Source of the DNA: Chiloscyllium plagiosum | Lineage: Eukaryota | Reading direction: 5' to 3' | Assembly: GCF_004010195.1 (NCBI RefSeq) | Contig: NC_057717.1 | Location: forward strand, 106,751,618-106,771,617 | DNA: 20,000 nt | Shown: positions 1 through 11,500 of the stretch, in pieces | Position numbering within the stretch: the first letter of the stretch is position 1 | How the letters are laid out: every line of letters starts with the position of its first letter | Notes under the pieces: model-generated | Databases searched by the model: none | Told to the model about the DNA's origin: nothing | What the model saw: only the letters and a program-made list of their open reading frames with translations | Position numbers and translations under genes: made by a program

Positions 1-217
1 TCACATCCTGAACACAAAGGGGAATTTAGCATAGCCAATTCACCCGACCTGCACATCTTAGGACCATGGGAGGAAACCGGAGCACCCGGAAGAAACCCAC
101 ACAAGACACGGGGGAATGTGCAAACTCCACACAGACAGTTGCCTGAGGCTGGAATTGAACCCGGGTACATGACGCTTTAAGGCAGCAGTGCTAACCACTG
201 AGCCACTGTGCTACCCC
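1..217 (-). mobile_element. HE1-type tRNA-derived V-SINE (cut by window edge)
   Basis: Minus strand reads GTAGCACAGTGGCTCAGTGGTTAGCACTGCTGCC (A box)...GGGTTCAATTCCAGCC (B box)...TGTGTGGAGTTTGCACATT...GGTTTCCTCCC (V-domain). Confidence 0.88.
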
Positions 218-224
218 TTTCTGC

Positions 225-800
225 TTAGTAGCACCAACAACAAGCAGAAAGAAAGAAGGGAACACCCTCAACACACTGCAAAGGATATCACTGGAAGGGC
301 TCAGAAAAGACAGAAATATTGTAATCCTACTGGAAGACAAAGGACGCATGACCGTCATCCTGAACAGAACACAATACATTGAAAAAGCAAACACACTACT
401 CGCAGATACTGACACCTACTAAAAGGTGGCGATGGACCCGACTCCACAAACCAAGAAAACCATATTACAGTGACATTGAAGACATCCACAAGACAGGTGA
501 AAGTAACAAGACAGACCTCCAAAGAATGAAACCTAAAGGATCTAACAAACCCCGTTTCTATGGGTTACCAAAGATACACAAACCAAGGGCCTCCCTCAGA
601 CCTATAGTCTCACTCCCCAGCACACCGTCAGACAGATTAGCCAAGGAACTTCACCGTAAACTGAAACACCGAGTAGAAGACTCACGTCACTCAATCTACT
701 CCACCCAGAATTCTTTCACATCATCAAAAACAACAAAACAGAGGACAACAAGGTCATGGTTTCCTTCAACATGACAGCCCTATTCACATCAATAAACCTC
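225..800 (+). mobile_element. Penelope-like element reverse transcriptase fragment (degenerate)
   Basis: Peptides KNIVIL..DKGRMTVILNRTQYIEK and PRFYGLPKIHKPRASLRPIVS (ORF 379..774), then MVSFNMTALFTSI in another frame. YGLPKxHK...RPIVS is characteristic of PLE RTs. Confidence 0.88.
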
Positions 801-929
801 AATAGTCTGCACCTACCTCATTGAACTGAATTGTTCCTATCTTGGGTCCATTTCCCCCCCCGGTCCAGTCCTTTTATGGAAATAAATTGTGACAGACTGG
901 AGTGAGGATATTCTGAATGCACTAAGAGC

Positions 930-1850
930 CATTTGAAATAAAGTTAAACAGATTACAATGTGATGTACCAATAATTACTGGTTACATGCCGAAATGTCCA
1001 GATGTTCTTGAATGCAGGAATGTCAGGGCACATTTGAAGTGATCAAAAAGGCAACAGGTCCTTCAGTAAAGAGAACAGTTCCATTGAAAACAAAGACAGG
1101 GAGATCATCACTGATTGCAACAAACAGTTGAAGAGACATATGCAACACTACCTTGATTTGTAGTTTAGGGAGAATCGCCAGGGAAGCTCTAGGCACTATA
1201 GAAAGCCTACCTGTCATGGCTATATATTAAGTCCACGGTGGAGGAGCTCTTGGCAAGTGCAGGTCACCAACTCAGAGGTCCTGGGGATTGCTAATTCTAT
1301 CAACAGAGATTCATTGCTAAGTAGCAATGCTTGTAGAGGCTCAGACACATTTATGACTACTGTTTACCCAAAGAGCTGCTGTACAATGAATTGGTCAATA
1401 AAGTCATGATGTCCTGGATGTCCATACCTCAGGACAAGAACACCTGCAAGCTATAAGCCATAGACTAAGAGAAAGTCCTGACAGCTGTGACCTCTGGAGG
1501 CTCTCTGTTTGGAAGGGCATTGAAAGAGTTGAAAAGTGTGGCACTGGAAAAGCACAGCAGGTCAGGCAGCATCCGAGAAGCAAGAGAGTTGACATTTTGG
1601 GCATAAGCCCTTCATCAGGATTACTCTGACTCTCCAGCATCTGCAGTCCTCACTTTCTCTCAGGACATTGAGAGAGGCAAGTCAAGACAAAAATCTCAGC
1701 TGGAGAAGAGAGTCTAGCAAAAAGCAGAGAACAGAGAATTGTGTATCTTCTCAGATCATATTTGTGCAGCCAATGAGACAGAAACTACCTGTCCAGAATA
1801 GGGCTCCAAAGCCACACCAAGTGATGCTTCATTCAGAACCACCAGTCTCT
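930..1850 (+). mobile_element. RTE-clade LINE fragment (degenerate, internally deleted), interrupted by a PLE terminal-repeat insertion at 1529-1661
   Basis: Frameshifted translation EVIKKATGPSVKRTVPLKTKTG-EIITDCNKQLKRHMQHYLDL*FREN (about 1037-1175) and C-terminal SRIGLQSHTK*C (about 1792-1827), resembling the RTE C-terminal SRIGLxSH motif. Confidence 0.72.
1529..1661. mobile_element. Penelope-like terminal-repeat fragment with inverted 5' half, mutated hammerhead core and about 15-bp target-site duplication
   Basis: 1529-1620 is the reverse complement of the motif at 18500-18590, and 1623-1659 matches 18595-18628 directly. Flanks AGGGCATTGAAAGAG (1514-1528) and AGGACATTGAGAGAG (1662-1676) match at 13 of 15 positions. 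Confidence 0.78.
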
Positions 1851-1899
1851 CCTTACTGATTTGACTTCTCTAAAGCTCTCTGTCCTCAACATCTCCCTT

Positions 1900-2260
1900 T
1901 AAGACATAGGAGCAGAAATTAGGTCATTCAGCCCATCGAGTCTACTCTGTGATTCAATCACGGCTGATAGGTTTTTCAATCCCATTTTCCTGCTTTTGCC
2001 CTGTAACCTTTGATCCCCTTTGGCAATCAAGGACTTAGCTATCTCTGTTCTAAATATACTCAATGACCTGGCCTCCACAGCCTTCTGTGACAATGAATTC
2101 CACAGATTCACCAGTCTCTGGCTAAAGAGTTTCTCCTTATTTCCATTCTAAAGGGTTTTCCCTTTACTTTAAGGTTGTGCCCTCGGGTCTTCATCTCTCC
2201 TGCCAATGGAAACATCTTCCCAATGTCCACTCTGTCCAGACCATTCAGAATTCTGTAATG
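1900..2260 (-). mobile_element. CR1/HER1-like LINE 3' fragment
   Basis: ORF 1899..2111 NLWNSLSQKAVEARSLSIFRTEI matches the CR1 C-terminal WNxLP..VEA..F motif; CR1-like 3' tail. Confidence 0.8.
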
Positions 2261-2719
2261 GATCTCTCTCTACACCTTCATCTCTGATCAGGATGGCCTG
2301 ACAGGTTCCAGTTCTTCCTTCAATGGAGATCCAAGCAATTTTGATCCAGTGCCCCCCTCATCTGTATCCAGCTGAACTTCTTTGCTTTTAACTCATCTCA
2401 CTGACTAAAATAAAAGTTGTAGTCAAGGTTAACCACACTGGATCCAAGGTATACCTGGTTTGTGGGCTACGTGGAATATTTCTTATTCCAGTCCTACACT
2501 GTATCACTTCCTATCAACTCTTTTTCCAGTATAGTATGACACAAGCAATGCCTTTTTCTACTCTGCCCTAAACTGGAAAACTTCATTACATTTCTTTTCA
2601 ATTTCATCATTCTCTCACCTTCATTTTGTTCATTTCTGATTCTTCCCTATCCAGCCTTGACATCACTATCTTCCCTTCTGGAGGTAGGATGAGACTGTAT
2701 TAAGTGGTATTAACTGGAT

Positions 2720-3552
2720 TGTAAGTTTGCAGATGACAACAAAATTGATGGTATAGTGGACAGGTTATCCAAGAGTACAAGAGACATTGATCAGCTAGGC
2801 CAATGGGCCGAGGATGGCAGATGAAGTTTAACTCAGATAAATGCGGGGTCTTGCTAAGACAAATTGGGGCAGGACTTACACAGTTAATGGTAGGGGACTG
2901 GGGAGTGTTGTTGAACAGAGAGATCCAGGAGTGCACATACAGTTTCTTGGAAGTGGCATTACAGGTAGACAGGGTGGTGAAGATGGCATTTGGCACACTT
3001 GCCTTCATTGGTCAGAACACTGAGTACAGGAATTTGGACATCATGTAACGACTGTGCAAGACATTGGTAAGGCCAAATTTGGAGTCTAGTGCATTTCTGG
3101 TTTCCTTGATATAGGTCAAGTTATTAAACTGGAAAGCATGCAAAAAAAGATTTGTTACAGAGACTAGAAGGTTTGAGCTGTAGGGCGAATTGGAGGCTAA
3201 AGAACGACCTTATAGAGGTTTATAAAATCAGGATCGGACTACAGAGGTTGAATAGACAAGGTCTGTTCCCCAGGTTAGGGGAATTCAAAACTAGAGGGTA
3301 TAGGTTTAAGATGAGAGGGGAAAGATTTAAAAGGGATCTGAGGGTCAACTTTTTCACACAAAGTATGGTGCACATATGAAACAAGCTGCCAGAGGAAAAA
3401 TTACAACATTTAAAAGACATGTACACAGAGAGGAAAGGTTTACAGTGATCTGGGCCAAATGCAGGGAAATGGGAATAATTTATTTTAGGCAATCTAGTCG
3501 GCATGGATGAATTATGCAGAAGGGCCTGCTTCTGTGCTGTATGACTTTTATA
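2720..3552 (+). mobile_element. CR1/HER1-like LINE RT 3' region (degenerate)
   Basis: KFADDNK (FADD RT motif), WQMKFNSDKC, DLIEVYKI, TRGYRFKMRGERFKRDLRVNFFTQ, and a 3' tail GGGCCTGCTTCTGTGCTGTATGACTTTATA. Confidence 0.9.
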
Positions 3553-3711
3553 ACTGACATCCATCAGGAGTCCTTCTATTTTATCATTCTGCCATTCACA
3601 CCTCCTCAGGCCACACCTTTAACCTTATTACCACTCCTTTTGTCTCTGCACCATCAACCCTTTGTTATTTGTATCTGTAATTTAATATATCATTTAAATC
3701 ATAGAATAGAT

Positions 3712-4765
3712 TAATGAGAATGGTCCCAGAAATGAGGGACTTTAATTAAGCAGATAGAGTCTTTGAGACTGCTTTTGTTGAATTGGTTGTGAAGTGATTT
3801 GAAACATCATGAGAGTCTGGGCAAAGTAGATAGGGAGAAACTCTTCCCAATGGAGAAGGATCAAGAGCGAGAGGGCACCAGTTTAAGGGCAGTGACATGA
3901 GGAGAAACATTTGCCCAAGGAACTCATTATTGACTTTTGGCAGGATGTTACTCACGCACCCCTACACATTAACAGCACAGAGGTGGCACGAGTGGAGAGT
4001 GTCAAGCTCCTGGGAGTGGGCATCCACAACAAGCTTTCTTGGACTCTTCATGTGGACACACTGGTTACAAAGGCCCAACAACATCTCTTCTTCCTCAGGC
4101 AGCTGAGGAAATTTGGTATGATGGCAAATACCCTTACCAATTTTTATCGGTCCGCTATCGAGAGTACTCTGTCTGGATGTATCACTACCTGGTATGTTCA
4201 ACCGTACCACTCAAGATCGGAGATGGTTACAGAGAGTGGTGAACCCGGCCCGGACAATCACAAAGGCCAAACTCCCATCTATAGAATCCATCTGCCAGGC
4301 CTGCTGTCAAGGAAAGGCCGCCAGCATTCTCAAAGATCCATCCCACCCTGGCAACGTTTATCTACAACCTCTACCATCGGGAAGAAGGTACAGAAGCCTG
4401 AACACATGCACTAGCCAGGTTTTGTAACAGTTTCTACCCTACTGTTGTTAGAATACTGAATGGACGCACAAACTCTTAACATTCGCCTGTACCTGTGTTT
4501 ATGTTTTTGCCGCTGTTTACCTATTATTTACTCATCTGTGCTACTTAACTCTGTGATCTGCCTGTATTGCTCGCAAGACAAAGCTGTTCACTGCGCCTTG
4601 GTACACGTGACAGTAGGACCTAGAAGACACTTGCTGAAAATGCGGTGGAGGTAGATTCAGTTTAAGACTGAAGATGGAATTGGATTATTTTCTAAAAATG
4701 GAGAATGTGCGGGGCTGCCATGAGGTAAATCGCTCATTTAGACACAATGCAGCAATGGCCTCACA
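3712..4765 (+). mobile_element. Old CR1-like LINE 3' fragment (3712-3910 and about 4613-4765) split by the Rex1/Babar insertion
   Basis: GAGAGGGCACCAGTTTAAG...GAGGAGAAACATTT before the insertion continues as TAGGACCTAG...GTGGAGGTAGATTCAG...GGAATTGGAT after it, in the order seen in the other CR1 copies. Confidence 0.6.
3911..4612 (+). mobile_element. Rex1/Babar-clade LINE, 5'-truncated, RT C-terminal region plus 3'UTR
   Basis: ORFs 3911..4414 and 4194..4427: KELIIDF...LSWTLHVDTLVTKAQQHLFFLRQLRKFG...FYRSAIESTLSGCITTWY / LQRVVN...LPSGRRYRSLNT, then NSFYPTVVRILN. These motifs are typical of Rex/Babar. Confidence 0.85.
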
Positions 4766-4894
4766 TGCTTAAATTCTACCAATCCCCTACTTCAGTTTGA
4801 AACATTTTATAATTCTAACTTTACTAACCTGAAATACACAGTTTATTTCCTGACTAGCTGAGTTTCTTTGACTCCTGTAGTCTGTGGGAATTTA

Positions 4895-5225
4895 TGGGCT
4901 CGGACTGCCCCGTTGCTCGGAGACGGTTGCTCCGGGGATTGGGAGGAGGAACGTGTTGACGTCATCACGGCGGGGGCGCGCCTGCGCGGTGAGTCTGGGT
5001 CTCGGAGCAGGTAATATGGCGGTGCCTGCGCTGGCGGGATCGGGGGTTGCTGTGGAAACCGGGCTTTGGGTTTCCGAGGTTTCTCGGCGGCCTGGCCCGG
5101 CGCGGCGCAGGGGGAATCCGTCTCTCCCGCCTAACATCCGTCTTTTCTGCCGATTGTCCTCGTTGTCACTCCCGGGATGACGGGGGTTCGGAAACTCTAC
5201 CGTTTTCAGCCTCTGTTCCCACGAA
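4895..5225 (+). promoter_or_regulatory. CpG-island promoter and probable non-coding exon 1 of YJU2B
   Basis: CpG-dense island in a CpG-poor background. Palindromic CRE TGACGTCA at 4957-4964, NRF1-like GCGCGCCTGCGC at about 4976-4987, YY1 motif AATATGGCGG at 5013-5022. Candidate donors GCG|GTGAGT (4988/4989) and CAG|GTAATA (5010/5011). Confidence 0.8.
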
Positions 5226-5472
5226 CAGTCTCCATTAGTTTTCCTCCTCAAGCCCCTCTTCCCCCTTCAGTGTTCCCCTACCCACCCTCTCCTTCCCTTT
5301 TCCTCCTACCCACCCTTTCCATCCCTTTTTCTCCTCCTCCATCTCCTGACCCTTTATTCCTTTTTCCTCTCTGTCCTCCTGTGACCATCCACTTAATCTC
5401 AGCACAGACATACATCAGTAAGAAGTGTCAGGAAATCCTGGCAACCTCACTCAATGTTTCTTTTGTCCACAG

Positions 5473-5533
5473 GCTGTTGGATTGCATTGGAAACCATTTG
5501 ACAGTGGACTGGAAGTTCAAGAGATAAGCCATG
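5473..5533 (+). CDS. YJU2B: YJU2B exon 2 (5'UTR plus start ATG as its last 3 nt)
   Basis: Acceptor tttcttttgtccacag ends at 5472; GCC-ATG at 5528-5533 is followed by donor GTAAAT; splicing to GGG at 7750 gives Kozak GCCATGG. Confidence 0.85.
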
Positions 5534-8500
5534 GTAAATATGCTGGTCATGCTTTGTATTGAGAATGAGTATTTATGTACTATACAAGCAATTGATCAAT
5601 GGTGTCTATCTAAAGGGAAGGTCAAAAATCACATAACTTGGACTATAACCTGGTATTGTGTGACTTTTAACTTTGTCCACCCCATCCAATACTGGCACCT
5701 CCATATAAAGTGGTGTAACATTTTGTTTGAGTCTTGTGTCCTGATTTAATTCTGGCTAATTATCTTAGAATCCTTACAGTGTGGAAACAGGCCTTTCATA
5801 AGTCCACACAGACCCTCTGAAGAGTATCCCACCCAAACCCATTCCCTGTTACTCTACGTTTACCCCTGACTAATGTACCTAAACTACACATCCCTGAACA
5901 CTATGGGCAATTTAGCATAGCCAATTCACCTAACCTGCTCATCTTTGGAAAGTGGGAGGAAGCCAGAGCTCCTGGAGGAAACCCACACAGACATGGGGAG
6001 AAGGTGCAAATTCCACACACAGTTGCCTGAAATTAGAATCGAACCTGGGCTCCCTAGCCCTGTGAGGCAGCAGTGCTAACCACTGAGCCACTGTCCTGCC
6101 AAATTAGGTAATAATACAGTTGCTGTTTGGATTTGCATCGTTAAGTGTAAACTGTGATTCATTGCAGTCTATTTTTTGAATATGGGTCTGAAATGTTTCT
6201 TTTGTAATGTATTTGGATGGGAATATAGAAGGTATAGCTAGTAAGTTTGCAGATGATATCAAAATTGGACATAATCTCAGAACAACAGGATCTTGATCAG
6301 ATGGGCTGAGGTGTGGGATATGGAATTCATTTAGATAAATGTGAGGTGCATTTTGGTAAGGCAAATTGAGGATGTATATAATTAAAGATAAGGTCCTGAG
6401 GAGTGTTGCTGAACAATGAGACCTTGGAGTGCAGGTTCATAGTTCCTTGAAAGTGGAGTCTTAAATAGGACAGTGAAGAAGGTATTTGATATGCTTGCTT
6501 TTATTGGACAATGCATTGAGTGTAGGAATTCGGACATCATGTTGCAGCTCTACAGGATATTGGTTAGGCCACTTTTGGAATCCTGCATTCAGTTCTGGTC
6601 TCCCAGCTATCGAAAGTATGTTGTGAAACTTGAAAGGGTTCAGAAAAGATTTACAAGGGTTTTACTAGGGTTGGAGGGTTTGATCTATCGGGAGAGGCTG
6701 AATAGACTGTTTTTCCTGGAGTGTCGGAGGGTGAGGGGTGACCTTTTAGAGATTTATAAAATCATGAGGGGCATGGATAGGGTAAAAATACAAGGTATTT
6801 TCCCTGGGATGGGGTGTCCAAAACAAGAGAGCATAGGTTTAAGGTGAAGGGGAAAGATTTAAAAGGGACCTGAGAGGCAACTTTTCCCACACAAAGAATG
6901 ATATCTGTATGGAATGAATTGCCAGAGGAACATCCCTATGACTCTATCAGTGGTGGAGGTGGTTACAATTACAACATTTGAAAGGCATCTGGATGGGTAT
7001 ATAAATGGGAAGGGTTTAGAGGGGTATGGGCCAGGTGCTGGCAAATAGGGCTATTAACTTGGGATATCTGGTTGACGTTTGAGGTGATTGAAGGGTCTAT
7101 TTCCACGCTGTACATCTCCATGACTCTATAGCACTAATTAAAATTTAAATTATTCAGGAAGACATTCAAAACATTGTCAGGTATGCTACTGACATTCTTC
7201 ACTGCAGAATCAATCTGAGCGCTCACTCTGAATCTGTGTGAGCCTCAAAGGTGAGACTATGCTATTGCAGCTGGTTGAAGCCCCAGTTTTAAAAATCCTT
7301 GACAGATGGGTTGTTGCAGAAGTTGCGGCCTGCTGACTAGAAGGATGTTTGCCTTGTTATGTGATGAGGCTCCGCTTTATAACGTTTTGCAAACAGTCTT
7401 CCCAGTAGTCGGTCCAAAGGCTCTGGTTTGATCCCGAGTTTGACACCTTGTCTCTGTCCAGTCAATGGTTTACCTAAGGGATACTAGTTGGGTAAACCTG
7501 TTGGGACTTCTGGCTGTCGAGAATTGGCTAGGGTTTGACCATTGAAACCTTCATATTTAAAATTTCATATCAGTGCTATTGCCTGGACTCTGGTGAGGAA
7601 TAGCCACATCAATGTTGGACTGGGATGTCCTGCCCTTGAGGAATTCTCAATCCTGTGAGAGGTGGCCTCTCTAGGCTGGAGAGGCATGCATTCAAGACAA
7701 AAGAAAAACTTAGCTAATCATTGTGCAAATTATTTTTTCTTCCCTATAGGGGGAACGGAAAGGTGTGAACAAGTATTACCCACCTGACTTTGATCCTGCC
7801 AAGGTAAGAGTTCAGTGTGTTTGAGATAAAGTGCTTGGTGGAATGGTGCTTAAGAACTGCAAGCTGTATCCACAAGATATTTTCATACAGCAACTGTGTG
7901 CTATTGTCTTTCTATCCTGACTTGGAACTAATATTACCATTCCTTCACTGTTGCTGGCTCAAAAAACCTTGAACTGCCTTCTCTAACAGCACTGTGGGTG
8001 TATCTATGCCCCAAAGACTGCAACTGTTTAAGAAAGTAGCTCACACCATGTTCTCAAGGGCTGTTTCGGTTGGGCAATACATTTTGCCTTGTTAAAATCA
8101 CTCGTATCCCATGAATAATAGTTTTTATCAAAAAAAACTTACATTTATTTTATGCCTTTAACATTGTAAAACCTGAAGAGTGTTTCACATCAAAAACTAG
8201 ATAGGCTGGGGTTGTTTCCCTTAGAGGGCAGAAGCCTGAGGGAGGATCTGTTTGAGGTGTAAGAAGCCCTGAGTGTGGATAGCAAGAAACTTTTTCCCCT
8301 TAGTGGAAAGGGCAGTAATCAGTTGGCACAGCTTTCAGATGAGGAGTCAGAGGTTTTGAGGGGGTTTGAGCAAAAACATTTTCCTAGAGGGTTGTGGGCA
8401 TCTGGAACTCTGACTAAAATAGGCAGGAACCCTCAAAACATTTAAAAATCAACTAGATAAACTCTTGAAATGCCATTGTGCACAAAGCCTAGTGCTGGAG

Positions 8501-11500
8501 AATGGGGTTATAATAGGTAGGTGTTTGATGACCAACGTTCACATGATGGGCTGAAAGGCCTCTTTCTGAGACGTAAAAACTGAGTGGTGATATCAGCAAG
8601 CTGGGCTTGGTTCTGTGAGAGAACTAAAGATGGGAGGAGTTGGGTGGAGGGATTTCAATGCTAAGCAATGTACTCTGGCTTTAAACCGTAATGTTTCTCT
8701 TCCTTGTTTTTTCTCAACTGGGATGATGTCTTTCTAACCTGACAGCATGGATCCCTCAACAAATACAGGAACAGTCATCCTCTGCGGGAAAGGGCACGAA
8801 AACTCTCCCAAGGAATCCTCATTATTCGGTGAGTCTCCTGCTGAATCTGAATTTTCAGCTACTCTGTTTTCTTGTGCATTTGTATCTGTAGGAGCCAAGA
8901 CAATCTGTTGGGATTTCTGTGTACGCAACTGGGGTTGACGTTCTGTGTGTTGCAGTTGGGGTTAGAGGGGACAGGGACGACGATGACGACAACTCATTCC
9001 CAGCTCTGCTCTAGCACTCTCTCTCTCTCTCTCTCTGTATGTACAGTTGTCTGCCATGTGGTCCAATTAAAGGGATGTCAAATAAGTTTTCTTCCTCAAT
9101 TGCTATCCAAGCAGAGTTGGTCTGAGTAGTGGATGAGCAAGAGTTGGTCAGCTTGGCTGTGGTAACCACACTTTCCTGATTAATGTCTTGTTCATACTCA
9201 CTGGACAGGCCCTTGCCATGGCCTGTTGATGTGCCTGATAGTCAATGGAATTGGATCTTCAGGGTGACAGATATCATTGTGGCTTATTAGGAATAGTTTA
9301 CCAGTAACTGAATCTTCTGCTTTCTCAAAGGTTCGAGATGCCATATAACATCTGGTGTGATGGTTGTGGGAAGCACATTGGAATGGGTAAGTCTATGACA
9401 GTGTGCAGGATATAATGGGATTGGGCTGGGGGAGTTAGTGCATTCAGCCTTTTCATCTCTTCAGCCCAAATGTGGAGTCAGTGTAAACCAGCTGGAGAAA
9501 ACTTGTATCTCTGCTGCTTCATGGCAGTTAATTGAAGAGCAATGAGATGTAGTTAGCTTCACTTGAGTTTGGCTCCGCAGAACAACATTTGCTGTTTAGG
9601 AGATGCCATAAGGAGGGAAATTGCAAACATGCAGTAGAACCTTTATCCAAGCAGGATTGTTTGCAAGAATAAGGAGCATTACTCTGTATCTAACCCTGTA
9701 CTGTTCCTGTTCTGGGAATGTTTGGGGACAGAGTAGAGGGAGTTTTTACTTTATATTTAAATCTGTGCAGTACCTGTTTCTAGAACAGCGTAGAGGAAAC
9801 TTTAGTCTGTATCGAATCCTATGCTGTCCCTGTCCTAGGAGTGTTTGATGGGGACAGTGTCACAGGATCTTTTACTTGGTTTAAAATAGCAGAGGGAGCT
9901 TTACTTGGCTCAAAAGAATAAAGGGAACTTTACAGTCTTTCTAACTCTATGCTGTGTAACTACCCTGGAAGTGTTTCTTGGGGACAGTATAAAGATAGCT
10001 TTCCTATGGGTTTAAAAGAGTAGATGCTAAAGGGTTAAAAGTCCTTTCCTCATTCCAGGTGTCCGGTATAATGCAGAAAAGAAGAAAGTTGGGAATTACT
10101 ACACAACCCCCATCTACAGGTACCACTCCTGTTCACCTCATCCTCTGAAGCTCAGTCAGGGCTTGGCTGCTCCTCTCCTTTTCATTGTTTCATCGGGACA
10201 GATTGATCCTCCCTTTCCTTTGGCAGAGGCAGGCTCACCATTCCTTTACTGTCAATGAATCAAAAATCTGCATCTCCTTCCCTAATGGCATTGTGAGTGC
10301 ACCCCCCATTGACTGCAGCATTTCAAGAAGTGGTTCACATTATGAAGGCCTAGCCAATAGTGCTGGTATTGTAAACTTTTTTAAAATTACCTTATTTCTC
10401 GACCATAGTCGAGAATTAGTCTTGCTGTGTCGGGCAGTCCAGTGATAATAGAATGGGTCTGCGTGCTCTTCATTTGTTCACTAGCTGCCAGTATGTGTGT
10501 TTGAGATGGTGTGACTGCTGGAGTGGGATCTCCTGTTTGAATGATCCAGTTCACCACATGTTCTCCCTCTGGAAAACCCTTGTCCCCATTGTCATGCACC
10601 TCAAGGTCCAGCTGTAATCAGGCTGTCCCTGTATGGCTGCTCATGAGGACTCTAAGGGAAGACAATGACAGGTGGGAGGATTCCCTGATTTTTGGCCAGG
10701 CCCCTTTTCTAGCACAGAAATGTGACTCCCTTTTGCTTGCTTGATCGCTCACTCTCACACGGGTGGGTTCTTGATTTTGGAGCTGGATTGTTTCCTTGCT
10801 CACGCACTGTCAGTGTTCCGTTAAGTCTGGTGTTGGATGTTGCAGATTTCGGATGAAGTGTCATTTGTGTGTGAATCACATCGAGATGCAGACTGACCCA
10901 GCCAACTGTGACTATGTGATAGTGAGTGGAGCACGGCGCAAAGAGGAGCGGTGGGACATGAAGGACAATGAGCAAATCTTAACAACAGGTTAGTGACCCA
11001 GCAGGAGGGAGCAGAGAGTGGGGATTAAGGGAAGGAGTGGGACAAAGGGGAGGGGTCTCTGAGGGAGGTGAGAATGCAGGCAGGGATGATAGTGTATGTG
11101 GGGGAGGGTGGAATGATGGTCAGGATGCTTGACAAGCCAGGTTAGTGAGGGTCGGCTCGATTGGGGAGGTGAGGGTCTCTGGCTCAGGAGTTGATGTGAT
11201 GTGATGTGAGGGTGAGTGTGGCATTGAATGGGTCTTTGTGAATTCGGGCTGATAGTTGGTCTGAGTGTGCTGCTTTCACTTTAATCACATGAAGATTATT
11301 GATCCTCCAGAGCATGAAGAGAAGAAGTTGTTGGAGACAGATGCCATGTACAAGTTGGAACATGGAGTCAGTGACCAGGAGAAGCTGAAGATTGCCATTC
11401 CCACCTTGTCCGATATCCAGGAGATGCAGAATGCTTGGAAAGATGACTTTGCCATGAACAGCATGCTGCGCAAGAAATTCCGGGTGCGTTTGCTGATGCA

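Noticed and set aside
4884..5527. ORFs 4884..5180, 4892..5251, 5047..5238 and 5177..5527
   Set aside because: Chance open frames in a GC-rich CpG island and a pyrimidine-rich intron; low-complexity peptides with no recognisable domain.
9665..10010. CRISPR-like repeat array
   Set aside because: Vertebrate intron; units are degenerate tandem copies with no unique spacers and no cas genes.
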